From a bacterium (lineage in GTDB: Bacteria > UBA8248), in contig CBDCRP010000002.1 of the NCBI GenBank assembly GCA_965221165.1, positions 1,376,001 through 1,440,000 of the forward strand: 64,000 nt of DNA, read 5' to 3'. Every line of letters starts with the position of its first letter. Position 1 is the first letter of the stretch. Shown here piece by piece: positions 1-9,229 of this stretch. The translations under genes were made by a program, and so were the position numbers. The notes under the pieces were generated by a model. It saw nothing but the letters and a program-made list of their open reading frames with translations. It ran no database searches and had not been told where the DNA came from.

Positions 1-245
1 GTATGAGCAAAGACGAGGCGCTGAATGTCCTCAAAGACACTCTCTCCTGGAAGGGGCCCGAAGGGGACGGGGGCGTAGGGTCGATTTGCGCGTTGAATCT
101 GCGCGCGCCGGGAGCGCGAACGAACAGCGCGCAACCATGTTCGACGCGCACCGCGGTCATCTTCGACCTGATTGAGAAAACCATGCATTTCACGCGGGGA
201 ACCCCCGGCCAGACCCCTTGGGAGACGATTTGTTTCCCCGTATGA
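1..245 (+). CDS. 3' end of a gene truncated by the window start, possibly a C45-family (Ntn) peptidase/acyltransferase
   Basis: C-terminus TRTAVIFDLIEKTMHFTRGTP resembles the T-x-x-[SA]-x-I-x-D-L...M-x-x-x-x-G-x-P ending of C45 proteins; only 80 aa visible. Confidence 0.4.
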   Translation, partial: MSKDEALNVLKDTLSWKGPEGDGGVGSICALNLRAPGARTNSAQPCSTRTAVIFDLIEKTMHFTRGTPGQTPWETICFPV

Positions 246-327
246 AGAATCACGGAATCCATCCGGCCGAACCACACCCCGGAAACAGCCGCCAAGGCGC
301 CGGGGTTGCTCCAAGAGGAAACTTCTC

Positions 328-1341
328 ATGACCCAGAACGCAGAACGTCCCGTATTCATCGCCAGCTCGCCCCGTTCGGGCTCGACCCTCCTCAGATTGA
401 TCCTGGACGCCCATCCGCGTCTGGCGGTGCCCCCGCCCGCGTGGCTGACGCATTTCATCTATCCCTATCTGTACAGCTATGGCGATTTATCGATCGAGAG
501 TAATCTCACCGAAATGATCGAAGACTCCCTGGCCACTCCGACGATCCGCGAATGGCCCATTTCGCCGACCGTCGAAGAAGTACGAAATGAGATGAAGGAG
601 AGCACATTCGCGGAGATGTACGCCGCCTTTCATCGGCTTTATGCAATATCCCAAGGCAAAGAGCGCTGGGGAGAGAAAACGCCCCGCGTTTCCTTTTACA
701 TGGAAGACTTGAAATCCATGTATCCCGGCACCCAATTCGTTCACATCATCAGAGACGGCCGGGACGTCGCCATCGACATCGCGGATTCCGTCCTCTGGCC
801 GAACAACCTCTACGCAGCGGCAGGCTTGTGGCGCGACTTCGTTCGGGCCGTGGGCGATGCGGCGAAAAAACTGGGGCCGGAGTCCTGTTTCCTCGTCAGA
901 TATGAAGAGCTTTGCGCCGAACCGGAACCCATTTTGATGAAACTCTGTGCATTTTTAGGAGAAGATTTCTCGCCCGCCATGCTCGCGCATCATGAAACCT
1001 CATCGACGAAGCAATGGGCGAAAGCCCCGGTGCACGCCAAAACGGCTCGTCCCATCACGACCGATTTTGTCGGGATGTACAAGCATCGCCTGCCGAAGAC
1101 GGACGTCGGGGTCATCGAAGGTTTGATTGGCGAGACCTTATGCGAATTCGACTACCCGCTCGAAGGGTCTCCCGACCATCTTTCCTTACGCGAGAAGCGG
1201 CAACTGATCGAAAACGACACCATTTCCAACATCGCATCCATCGAGTACAAACGCTGGCACGAAAGACGAAGAAAAGAACGACGCGAAAAGGGCGTATGGA
1301 CGCAAAGCGACAGGGATTCTCTTCTGATGGGGTTTCATTAA
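328..1341 (+). CDS. Sulfotransferase family protein
   Basis: 5'-PSB loop SPRSGSTLL, WGEKTP, 3'-PB motif IIRDGRDVA, VRYEEL; ATG 328 after AAGAGGA. Confidence 0.9.
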   Translation: MTQNAERPVFIASSPRSGSTLLRLILDAHPRLAVPPPAWLTHFIYPYLYSYGDLSIESNLTEMIEDSLATPTIREWPISPTVEEVRNEMKESTFAEMYAAFHRLYAISQGKERWGEKTPRVSFYMEDLKSMYPGTQFVHIIRDGRDVAIDIADSVLWPNNLYAAAGLWRDFVRAVGDAAKKLGPESCFLVRYEELCAEPEPILMKLCAFLGEDFSPAMLAHHETSSTKQWAKAPVHAKTARPITTDFVGMYKHRLPKTDVGVIEGLIGETLCEFDYPLEGSPDHLSLREKRQLIENDTISNIASIEYKRWHERRRKERREKGVWTQSDRDSLLMGFH

Positions 1342-1415
1342 GGTGGACGCTCGAATGCAGACAATGGGGAGACCCGTGTCCCTGGATTCATTTGCCCTGG
1401 ACAGGAGGGCCGGGT

Positions 1416-2591
1416 TTGTCCCCTGAGGATGATTCTTCAGCTTGTCGCCCTCTGCTCGTCTCCGGGGCGGAAAGAGCGGACCTGGAAGACGAGGCCGCCG
1501 ATTTGCCTCACCTTTCCCTCAACGCCCGCCAGCTATGCGATCTCGAACTGTTGCTGAACGGCGCATTCGCGCCCTTGAGTGGATATTTGAGCCGAAAAGA
1601 TTACGACTGCGTTCTGGAAACCATGCGCCTTGAAAACGGGGCGTTGTGGCCCATCCCCATCGCCCTCGACGTGTCCGAAAACATCGAAAACAGGCTCGAG
1701 AAGCGCGCCCGGCTCGCACTGCAAGAGCCTCGTGGAGAGCCCCTCGCCGTTCTGGACGTGGAAGACGTCTGGCGCGCCGATCCGCAGCGGGAAGCGCAAA
1801 GCGTCTTCGGCACCCTCGATCAGACGCACCCGGGGGTTCGATATCTTTTTGAGGAAACGGGCCCCTTGTATCTCGGCGGCCGTTTACGCGGGATCCATCT
1901 GCCCCAGCATTCCGATTTCCTGGAATACCGCCATACCCCGGGAGAATTACGGGGGAAATTCCAAGAAATGGGCTGGGAGAGGATTGTCGCCTTTCAGACG
2001 CGCAACCCGATGCACAGGGCGCACGTCGAATTGACGACGCATGCCGCCTCCGAGAATAGAGCAAAAATACTCCTGCACCCGGTGGCGGGGATGACGAAGC
2101 CGGGAGACATCGACCACACTTGCCGGGTCCGCTGCTACGAGCACGTCCTCAAGCATTACGCCGAAGGTTCCGCCATGTTGGCGCTCTTGCCCCTGGCGAT
2201 GCGAATGGCCGGCCCCAAGGAGGCTCTTTGGCACGCGCTGATTCGAAAAAACTACGGCTGCACGCATTTCATCGTAGGCAGAGACCACGCCGGCCCCGGC
2301 GTCGACGGCCGGGGCAAGGCTTTTTACGACCCGTACGCCGCCCAGGATCTGCTGAAAACCCACCAAACCGAATGCGGGATCGAAATGGTCCCGTTTCAGG
2401 AGATGGTTTATGCGCCGGATGAAAGACGCTACCTGCCGGTGGACCAGATACCCGAAAGCACCCGAACCCTCAGCATATCCGGCACGCGGCTTCGTGAAAT
2501 GATGGAAAACGGGGAGGAAATCCCCGAGTGGTTCACCTATCCCGAAATAGCGGAAGAACTCAGGCGTTATTCTTCTTTGAAACGGCCTTGA
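1416..2591 (+). CDS. sat: Sulfate adenylyltransferase (ATP sulfurylase), no APS-kinase domain
   Basis: VAFQTRNPMHRAH, MRMAGPKEA, HFIVGRDHAGPG, ISGT; TTG 1416 after AGGAGG. Confidence 0.93.
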   Translation: MSPEDDSSACRPLLVSGAERADLEDEAADLPHLSLNARQLCDLELLLNGAFAPLSGYLSRKDYDCVLETMRLENGALWPIPIALDVSENIENRLEKRARLALQEPRGEPLAVLDVEDVWRADPQREAQSVFGTLDQTHPGVRYLFEETGPLYLGGRLRGIHLPQHSDFLEYRHTPGELRGKFQEMGWERIVAFQTRNPMHRAHVELTTHAASENRAKILLHPVAGMTKPGDIDHTCRVRCYEHVLKHYAEGSAMLALLPLAMRMAGPKEALWHALIRKNYGCTHFIVGRDHAGPGVDGRGKAFYDPYAAQDLLKTHQTECGIEMVPFQEMVYAPDERRYLPVDQIPESTRTLSISGTRLREMMENGEEIPEWFTYPEIAEELRRYSSLKRP

Positions 2592-3010
2592 GCCGCGCTC
2601 CGGAAGATTTCATCCCCATAATACCTCGGGAGCAACTATCCGACAGCGATGAGGCGATCCGCCCGTCTATCTCATAACGCCACCAGAGACGGCAGCGCGC
2701 TCCGCCAACCGGTTCACTTCGCGCCCTTGTCCTCGAGCAGGCGTAACCAGGGCGACGGTGCTTCCTGAATGGGCATCGTGAGACGCCGGAAGATAATCGT
2801 GTGCAAGCTGTTTCCGGTCGGACATCGGAGGGGGGGGAACAATGGCCCGACGGGGATTCGCCGGGATGCGCGGGAGTTTTAACGAATCCGCTTTCATTGT
2901 AATTACGTGTTGCAAAAGCGCGATTTTCGAACCGGATCCGCAACAATGAATATTCGAAACAATTTCAATTTGACCGCGGGATTTTATGACCGATAAAAAC
3001 GGATCGATAT

Positions 3011-3070
3011 CTAAAAATATCTGAAAAAAGGTGAAAAAACAGGGAAAATACCTGAAAATAACTGAAAATT
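3011..3070. repeat. Six helically phased A-tracts (degenerate ~10-bp unit, CTGAAAA-like)
   Basis: ctaaaaatat/ctgaaaaaag/gtgaaaaaac/agggaaaata/cctgaaaata/actgaaaatt; tracts begin at 3013, 3024, 3034, 3045, 3055, 3065. Confidence 0.7.
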
Positions 3071-3103
3071 TATATGATTGATAAATAAGGCGTTATGCGT
3101 AAT

Positions 3104-3943
3104 TTACCCCCTCGGGGCGATGGTGATGTAGGTCGGCGCGGGACGACCCGGGATTTTCGTCTCTCCGCGCACCCACAACTGCGAACTCGAGCCGCCGTCG
3201 AGGTTCATGGCGTCCCGGATGCCGAGGCCTCCTTTTGATTCGGGCAACACCAGATACTCCTGAAGCTCACACCAGGAGATGCCGCGCGTCTCGTTCTCGC
3301 TCACCAGAACGACGAGCCTGTCATTCACGTCGAGCCCGATCACCGTTCTCCTCGTGGCGCGCAGATACTCGCGGTACCGAACCAACCCCTGGACGGGCTT
3401 GCCGTTCTTCACGAGATGAGGCCCCGGCTGAAACGCTTCCCTGATACTTGAGTCCTTGAATTTCTGGCGGGAAACGATTCTCGGCCTCCCGTTTTTCCGC
3501 CCCACCGTGAACAGGGCTCCGAAATGCAGGGCGATTTTGCGTCCCTGATACAACACGCGGCTATTGAACACTTTCCCCCCCGAGCGGAAATATCCCAAGG
3601 GTCGTCCGCTGACGTCGTAATAGCCGGCGTTGAGGATGACGGCGGCTCCCAGCTTTTCGCCGAGAACCCGCAAGTCAATAGGTAAGAACCACTCTGATTT
3701 TTCACGCCAGTGAAGCCGGATTTCAAACTCTTCATGCCGCAGGCGCACCGCCCTCATCCGCGAGGTCGCTCCATTTTCGAACCGGATTCGAACGTTTCGC
3801 GTATCCAAAGACGGGAATTGACGCCGCGTCCATCGACGGTCGCCCATGGGATGACCTTTGAGAGTACAATCGGATACGGCCATCGCAGGTTGAGCGACCA
3901 GAAAGAAGCCCCCAATCAAAATCAACACGAGCAAACGCTTCAT
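3104..3943 (-). CDS. Secreted phosphodiester glycosidase family protein (NAGPA/DUF2233)
   Basis: Signal peptide ending AMA; LNAGYY, GPHLVKNG, RRTVIG, AMNLDGGSSSQL. Confidence 0.85.
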   Translation of the reverse strand: MKRLLVLILIGGFFLVAQPAMAVSDCTLKGHPMGDRRWTRRQFPSLDTRNVRIRFENGATSRMRAVRLRHEEFEIRLHWREKSEWFLPIDLRVLGEKLGAAVILNAGYYDVSGRPLGYFRSGGKVFNSRVLYQGRKIALHFGALFTVGRKNGRPRIVSRQKFKDSSIREAFQPGPHLVKNGKPVQGLVRYREYLRATRRTVIGLDVNDRLVVLVSENETRGISWCELQEYLVLPESKGGLGIRDAMNLDGGSSSQLWVRGETKIPGRPAPTYITIAPRG

Positions 3944-3997
3944 GGCAAAAGCCCCTCAACGCCGCCAACCCTACTTCAATGTGATCACAAGGAAGAA

Positions 3998-5629
3998 CTA
4001 AAACCCAGCCGCGCATCCATCCCTTCGATGATCGGATCCGCCCACGAATACGCCATCATCAAGCCGTACGATTCCCTGTCCTCCACCAAAACCCTCATAG
4101 CCGCCGGCGCGACGAACATCGTGTCCCCTCGATTCCAGCTCCTGGAGCACGGCCTCCGGCACGCCGCCCTCTATCGCTACTACACGCCCGCCCAACACAC
4201 GGAAACGGGGCGCTTCGATGGCCTCCTGGATGTTCATGGCGAAATCCACCATATTCGAGAGCACCTGCACATGGCCTTGCGGCTGCATGTCGCCTCCCAT
4301 GACACCAAAACTCATCCAGGGTTCCTCGTCTTTCATCACAAAACCGGGAATGATGGTGTGCAAGGGCCGCTTTTCGGGCGCGATGCAGTTCGGGTGGCCT
4401 TCTTCCAACACGAAGCCGCTGCCCCTGTTCTGGAGCATGATGCCCGTCTCGCCCCCGGTGATTCCTGAGCCGAAATGATGGAACAAGCTGTTGATAAACG
4501 AGCACATATTGCCCTGAGAATCCGCCACGGTGAGATAAATCGTGTCGTTCCAGGTTTCAGGAATTCCAGCTCCGGGGCTGCCGGCTTTTTTCTCATCAAT
4601 GAGCTCTCTCCGCTCATCGGCATATCCTGAGGATAGCAGACCTTCCAGGGGCACATCCGCTTTATCCATATCCGCGACACAGCGATCTCTATCCGCGAAG
4701 GCGAGTTTCATCGCTTCGATCACGACATGGAGATGATCGGCAGAGCCATAACTCATCTCCGCCAGAGGATATGCGTCTATAAGATTCAGACATATCAATG
4801 CCGTGACGCCCTGTCCCGAGGGGGGTATTTCACAAAGCTCATAGCCGCGGTAATTTGCGCGAATCGGCTCAACCCATGCGCATTTCGTGGCAGCGAAATC
4901 CTCAAGTTCGAATAAACCGCCGATTTCCTTGGTGTAGCGAACAATCTCCTCGGCTATGGGGCCTTCGTAAAAAGCCTCACGACCGCCATCGGCTATCGTC
5001 CGCAACGCCCCTCCCAGCTTTGGGTTTCGGAATCTTTCTCCGATTTTTGGCGGCCGGCCGGAAGGCAGATAGATTCGGTGCGAGTATTCACATTCTTTCA
5101 GCTTCTCCGTTTGGTTTGCCCATGCCCGGCCAATGATGGGAGACAGAGGAAACCCATCTTCAGCATATTGAATCGCCGGCTGAAGAAGCTCCAACATGCT
5201 CTTCTTGCCGCTGCCGCATCGTTCGTGGGCAGCGAACCAACCATCCACTGCACCAGGGAGGGTGCAAGAATAAATTCCCGTCTCCGGCATGGATGAAAAT
5301 TCCCGGTAACGCGAAAGCGTGGCTCTGGCCGGACTCTTTCCGCTGCCGTTCAAGCCCATGAGTTCTTTAGCATCGGCATCCCAATAAAGCATGAACATAT
5401 CCCCGCCAATGCCCGTGGATTGTGGTTCCACCACATTCAACGCCGCAACTGTTGCGATTGCCGCGTCCATGGCGTTTCCGCCTTCTCTCAGTATTTGGAG
5501 ACCTGCTTCGGCGGCCAAGGGCTGGCTGGTTGCCACCATGCCGCCGGTAGCGAATACGGGAGAACGCCCTGCGGCCAAAGATATCCTTGTGGTCGGCTCT
5601 TTCAACACCCGCTCCTTCATGAGGTGCAA
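3998..5629 (-). CDS. ggt: Gamma-glutamyltransferase
   Basis: GGNAMDAAIA, TGIGGD, nucleophile Thr in NDTIYL, SFINS, KRPLHTIIP, GVMGGDMQPQGH. Confidence 0.93.
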   Translation of the reverse strand: MHLMKERVLKEPTTRISLAAGRSPVFATGGMVATSQPLAAEAGLQILREGGNAMDAAIATVAALNVVEPQSTGIGGDMFMLYWDADAKELMGLNGSGKSPARATLSRYREFSSMPETGIYSCTLPGAVDGWFAAHERCGSGKKSMLELLQPAIQYAEDGFPLSPIIGRAWANQTEKLKECEYSHRIYLPSGRPPKIGERFRNPKLGGALRTIADGGREAFYEGPIAEEIVRYTKEIGGLFELEDFAATKCAWVEPIRANYRGYELCEIPPSGQGVTALICLNLIDAYPLAEMSYGSADHLHVVIEAMKLAFADRDRCVADMDKADVPLEGLLSSGYADERRELIDEKKAGSPGAGIPETWNDTIYLTVADSQGNMCSFINSLFHHFGSGITGGETGIMLQNRGSGFVLEEGHPNCIAPEKRPLHTIIPGFVMKDEEPWMSFGVMGGDMQPQGHVQVLSNMVDFAMNIQEAIEAPRFRVLGGRVVAIEGGVPEAVLQELESRGHDVRRAGGYEGFGGGQGIVRLDDGVFVGGSDHRRDGCAAGF

Positions 5630-5668
5630 GACTTTATCGATTTATGCGTCGCATATTTCCGAATGCCC

Positions 5669-6718
5669 TCAATGGCGGAGAAAAACCGTCTCGCACATTT
5701 CTTCTCCACCAGATGAGGCCACGGCATCAGGCCCTACGACACATCTTTTCAAAATGGAATTCCCTTCAATAATCGCACCTGGAAAGATGATGGATTCTCG
5801 CACCATGGCATTATTCCGAAGAGTAGCACTCCCCAGGATTGCAGTGAAGGGACCCGCTTTGGCATTTTTTTGAATAAAAACGTCTCTCCCAACAAAAACA
5901 GGAGGCTCGATGGTTCCCTCCCCCCATTTCATAGCGGGGCCTTCTATCAACAAAAACCCTTTTGGGGGCCAAACAAAATTCGGCGTGAATTCGCCCGATA
6001 TGACATCCATACTCGCCAGCAGATACCGCGACGGGGTACCGACATCCATCCAATAGGAATCACTCAAAACCGCACCAATCCGAGCACCGCTTTTAATCAA
6101 CCGGGGATAGATTTGCGTTGAAATATCCGCCGGTACTCCCACAGGGATATGTTCTAACATTTCAGGAGACATGATACTCAATCCCGTGAACATCGCTTGG
6201 CTCAATGCGCCTTGCGAACCCCCTGGAGCGCTCGCGTCTAAAAATTTCCGCAAACGCCCTGCTTCATCAAGCTCGAGCACTCCATATTTTTTGACCTCGG
6301 GTGAGCGTCTGAGAATGAGCGTAGCGAGGAAATTTCCTTTTTGATGATGGGCCAACGCCGTTTTCAAATCCGCGCCACACGGCGCATCTGCGTTGATGAC
6401 GAAAAAAGGCTCGTTATTCTCGCACAGAAACGCCTCCGCATTCTTTATCCCACCGGCAGTGCCCAAAATTTCAGGTTCATGGAAATACCGAACACGGACT
6501 CCATGTGCAAAATCCCCCAAAGCGGAGCGAATCTTCTCTGCGCCATGATGTAAATTGACCGCGGCCTCTTTCACGCCGATAGCCGCCAATTTCTCCAGCG
6601 CAAAACCGATGAGTGAAACACCGCCCAAGGGCAAAAGTGGTTTGGGAATCTCCTCTCCCAACACTCCCAATCTTTTGCCATAGCCAGCCGCCATAACAAA
6701 CGCCCGCATTGCGCGCAT
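5669..6718 (-). CDS. NDP-sugar pyrophosphorylase family (MurU / mannose-1-P guanylyltransferase-like) with C-terminal beta-helix
   Basis: MAAGYGKRL...PKPL, ILGTAGG, NAD, YWMDVGTP; hexapeptide-like C-terminus. Confidence 0.85.
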   Translation of the reverse strand: MRAMRAFVMAAGYGKRLGVLGEEIPKPLLPLGGVSLIGFALEKLAAIGVKEAAVNLHHGAEKIRSALGDFAHGVRVRYFHEPEILGTAGGIKNAEAFLCENNEPFFVINADAPCGADLKTALAHHQKGNFLATLILRRSPEVKKYGVLELDEAGRLRKFLDASAPGGSQGALSQAMFTGLSIMSPEMLEHIPVGVPADISTQIYPRLIKSGARIGAVLSDSYWMDVGTPSRYLLASMDVISGEFTPNFVWPPKGFLLIEGPAMKWGEGTIEPPVFVGRDVFIQKNAKAGPFTAILGSATLRNNAMVRESIIFPGAIIEGNSILKRCVVGPDAVASSGGEEMCETVFLRH

Positions 6719-6760
6719 CCCTCCTGTGGCCGGAAACCATGTCCCTGATTCGCTCTAAGA

Positions 6761-6796
6761 ATAAAACAAAACCGGGCATTGCAGTCCGCCCGGCTT
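6761..6796 (-). terminator. Probable intrinsic terminator after the Mo-subunit gene
   Basis: Minus strand AGCCGGGC-loop-GCCCGGTT followed by TTGTTTTAT. Confidence 0.55.
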
Positions 6797-6814
6797 CTTT
6801 GGTTTTCTTTACGA

Positions 6815-9145
6815 CTACCCTACTTCGACGCCTTCATTATGAATTGCCATGGCAACGCTCTCCGGCGTGATGGGCAACTTGGTAAAGCGATGACCGACAG
6901 CGTCCCGTACGGCATTTGAAATCGCAGCCAAAGTTGGCACCAGAGCGCTCTCTCCCACGCCCTTGGCGCCATAGGGTCCAGTCGCATTGGCCGCTTCCAC
7001 GATAATGGTAGTGAACTCGGGCGTATCCATCGAAACAGGAATCTCGTATCGCGCCAGATCTGGCGTGAGTACACGACCCTCGTGTACGTCGATTTCCTCG
7101 ATCAAGGCTTGTCCAATGCCCATTTCGATGCCCCCTTCTATCTGCCCGGTCACCCCTTGGGGGTTAATGGCTCGCCCCACATCATGGGCGGCAATCATCC
7201 GCTTCACCCAAACCTCTCCCGTACTCGGGTCAACCGCTACATCCGCCACCTGTACGCCATAGCTGTATACCATGAATGGCTCGCCCTCTCCGGTTTCGGG
7301 ATTAAACGTCAAAGGCCCCGTACTGAACCAGCCCTGGCCGGTAATCTGTTTCCCGACCAAAAGCGCCTGTGAGACAACCTCAGCAAATGAGAGGGAACGT
7401 TCAGGCGCGCTCTTGATAAACACTTTGCCGTTCCTGAAGGCCACATCTTCCGCCGGACCTTCGAGCATTTCCGCCGCCACGGGGGATAAGATTCCCCGAA
7501 CTTCCGCGATGGCCTCGCATATCGCATTACCAGGAATCGTGGTGGAGCGTGAGCCTGCCGTAAAACCACTCTCCGGAACGGCATCTGTATCCACCTGCAT
7601 GACGCGTACATCCTCAAAGCGCACGCCCATCGCTTCCGCCGCAATCTGGGCGAGGACCGTGTGCGAACCCTGCCCGAGTTCGATGATTCCGACGCCCACT
7701 TGAACTTTTCCATCATCGGTGACATGAACCTGGGCGCCGCAAGAATCCGAGGGCGATGCGGCACCCGTGGAATACCAAAATCCCGCCATGCCACGGCCAT
7801 ACAACAGTCCATTGCCGTTCGCGTTTTTTCGCGGATGCGGCCCGAGCGCTTTTTCCGCTTTATCGAGACAATCCATATAGCCCACACTCTGGTCCAATAC
7901 CTGACGGGTTGCGGTGGAAGAACCGAGTTTATAGCCGTTCAAACGCCTCAGTTCGAAGGGGTCCATTTCGAGAGAGAGAGCCAGCTCGTCCATCTGACTT
8001 TCAATCGCGAAATGCACCTGAGGAACACCCAAACCGCGCATGGCACAGGTATTGATGTTGTTCGTGAGCACGAGGTAGCCGTCGGCCCAAACGTTGTCGC
8101 ATTCATAAGCGCCGGAGGAATGGATAATCAATTTTTTAATAATGCCAGGTCCTACAGCGGCATATGGACCTTTGTTAAGATAGATGTGGATGTGCATGGC
8201 GGTGATTTTGCCATTTTTCTTGGCGCCGATTTTGTGTTGGATCACCGCGGGCACTCGTTTCGCCTTCCCGCCCAGGGATTCTTCCCTCGTGTAGTTGTAG
8301 ATGGCGGGGCGACGTGTTTTGAGAGCGACCAAGCCCGCCCGCATGGCGATTTCAATGGAGGTTTCCTCTTTTCCGCCAAAACCGCCACCCGGGGGAGTGG
8401 AGATGAACTGAATCTCGTTTTGTCCCAACCCCAGCACCGGAGCGATGACGCGCCTCACCATATGCGGGCATTGGGTGGGCCCAGTGCAGGTAATGGAGCC
8501 ATCGGGGTTGGGAACCACATAACCTGCATCGGGTTCGAGGTAGGCATGATCGATGAACTGGGTTTCATACGTATCCTCCAGCACGACATCCGCCTCTGCG
8601 AACCCCTTTTCAATATCGCCTTTTCGAATTTTCAAGTGAGTGAGCACATTGCCTTTCGCCACCGGATGATCCGGCTGGACAATAGGAGCATCATCTTTCA
8701 ATGCGTCTTGTGTTTCAAAAACGGCCGGAAGCGTTTTGGTTTTGACTTTCACTAACCCGGCCGCGAACTCCGCCTGCTCCAGCGTGTCCGCCGCCACGAT
8801 GGCCACGATATCTTGAAGTGAATAGATGCGCTTTTCCACCAAAACCGGCTGATCGGGCATCAACATCCCGTAGAGTTTCGCACCCGGAATGTCCTTTGAG
8901 GTCAGGACACAGGCGACGCCCGGCGCATTTTCGGCTACGGCCGAATCTACTCGCTCCAACGTTCCGCAAGCGATGGGGGCTGTAACTGGAACAACATAGA
9001 GCGGGTTAATCAGTTTGTGGTCCGCAGCGAATACGGGCGAACCGTCCGCTTTTGGTGGGCCATCCACCCGGGGCACATCGGTGCCGATAAGATCTCCATC
9101 ATCATCAGGCCCACCGAACATCTCTTGATAAAAACGCTCTGGCAT
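6815..9145 (-). CDS. Xanthine dehydrogenase/aldehyde oxidase family molybdopterin-binding subunit
   Basis: HAYLEP, TQCPH, GGGFGGKE, AMRGLGVPQ, GQIEGG, AKGVGE. Confidence 0.92.
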   Translation of the reverse strand: MPERFYQEMFGGPDDDGDLIGTDVPRVDGPPKADGSPVFAADHKLINPLYVVPVTAPIACGTLERVDSAVAENAPGVACVLTSKDIPGAKLYGMLMPDQPVLVEKRIYSLQDIVAIVAADTLEQAEFAAGLVKVKTKTLPAVFETQDALKDDAPIVQPDHPVAKGNVLTHLKIRKGDIEKGFAEADVVLEDTYETQFIDHAYLEPDAGYVVPNPDGSITCTGPTQCPHMVRRVIAPVLGLGQNEIQFISTPPGGGFGGKEETSIEIAMRAGLVALKTRRPAIYNYTREESLGGKAKRVPAVIQHKIGAKKNGKITAMHIHIYLNKGPYAAVGPGIIKKLIIHSSGAYECDNVWADGYLVLTNNINTCAMRGLGVPQVHFAIESQMDELALSLEMDPFELRRLNGYKLGSSTATRQVLDQSVGYMDCLDKAEKALGPHPRKNANGNGLLYGRGMAGFWYSTGAASPSDSCGAQVHVTDDGKVQVGVGIIELGQGSHTVLAQIAAEAMGVRFEDVRVMQVDTDAVPESGFTAGSRSTTIPGNAICEAIAEVRGILSPVAAEMLEGPAEDVAFRNGKVFIKSAPERSLSFAEVVSQALLVGKQITGQGWFSTGPLTFNPETGEGEPFMVYSYGVQVADVAVDPSTGEVWVKRMIAAHDVGRAINPQGVTGQIEGGIEMGIGQALIEEIDVHEGRVLTPDLARYEIPVSMDTPEFTTIIVEAANATGPYGAKGVGESALVPTLAAISNAVRDAVGHRFTKLPITPESVAMAIHNEGVEVG

Positions 9146-9229
9146 TACAATCCCCCACTCAAAAAAGATTCATGTTACTCGATATGATGGATTTGATTCG
9201 CATGATTGCAAAGAAATAGATGCAATGAC

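Noticed and set aside
2560-2946. Short minus-strand ORFs or a cysC remnant after sat
   Set aside because: No RBS, no P-loop and no recognisable domain in the frames examined
3076-3103. dif-like site (reverse strand ATTACGCATAA-CGCCTT-ATTTATCAATC)
   Set aside because: One arm matches 8/11 to the E. coli XerC arm, but the normally better-conserved XerD arm matches only 5/11
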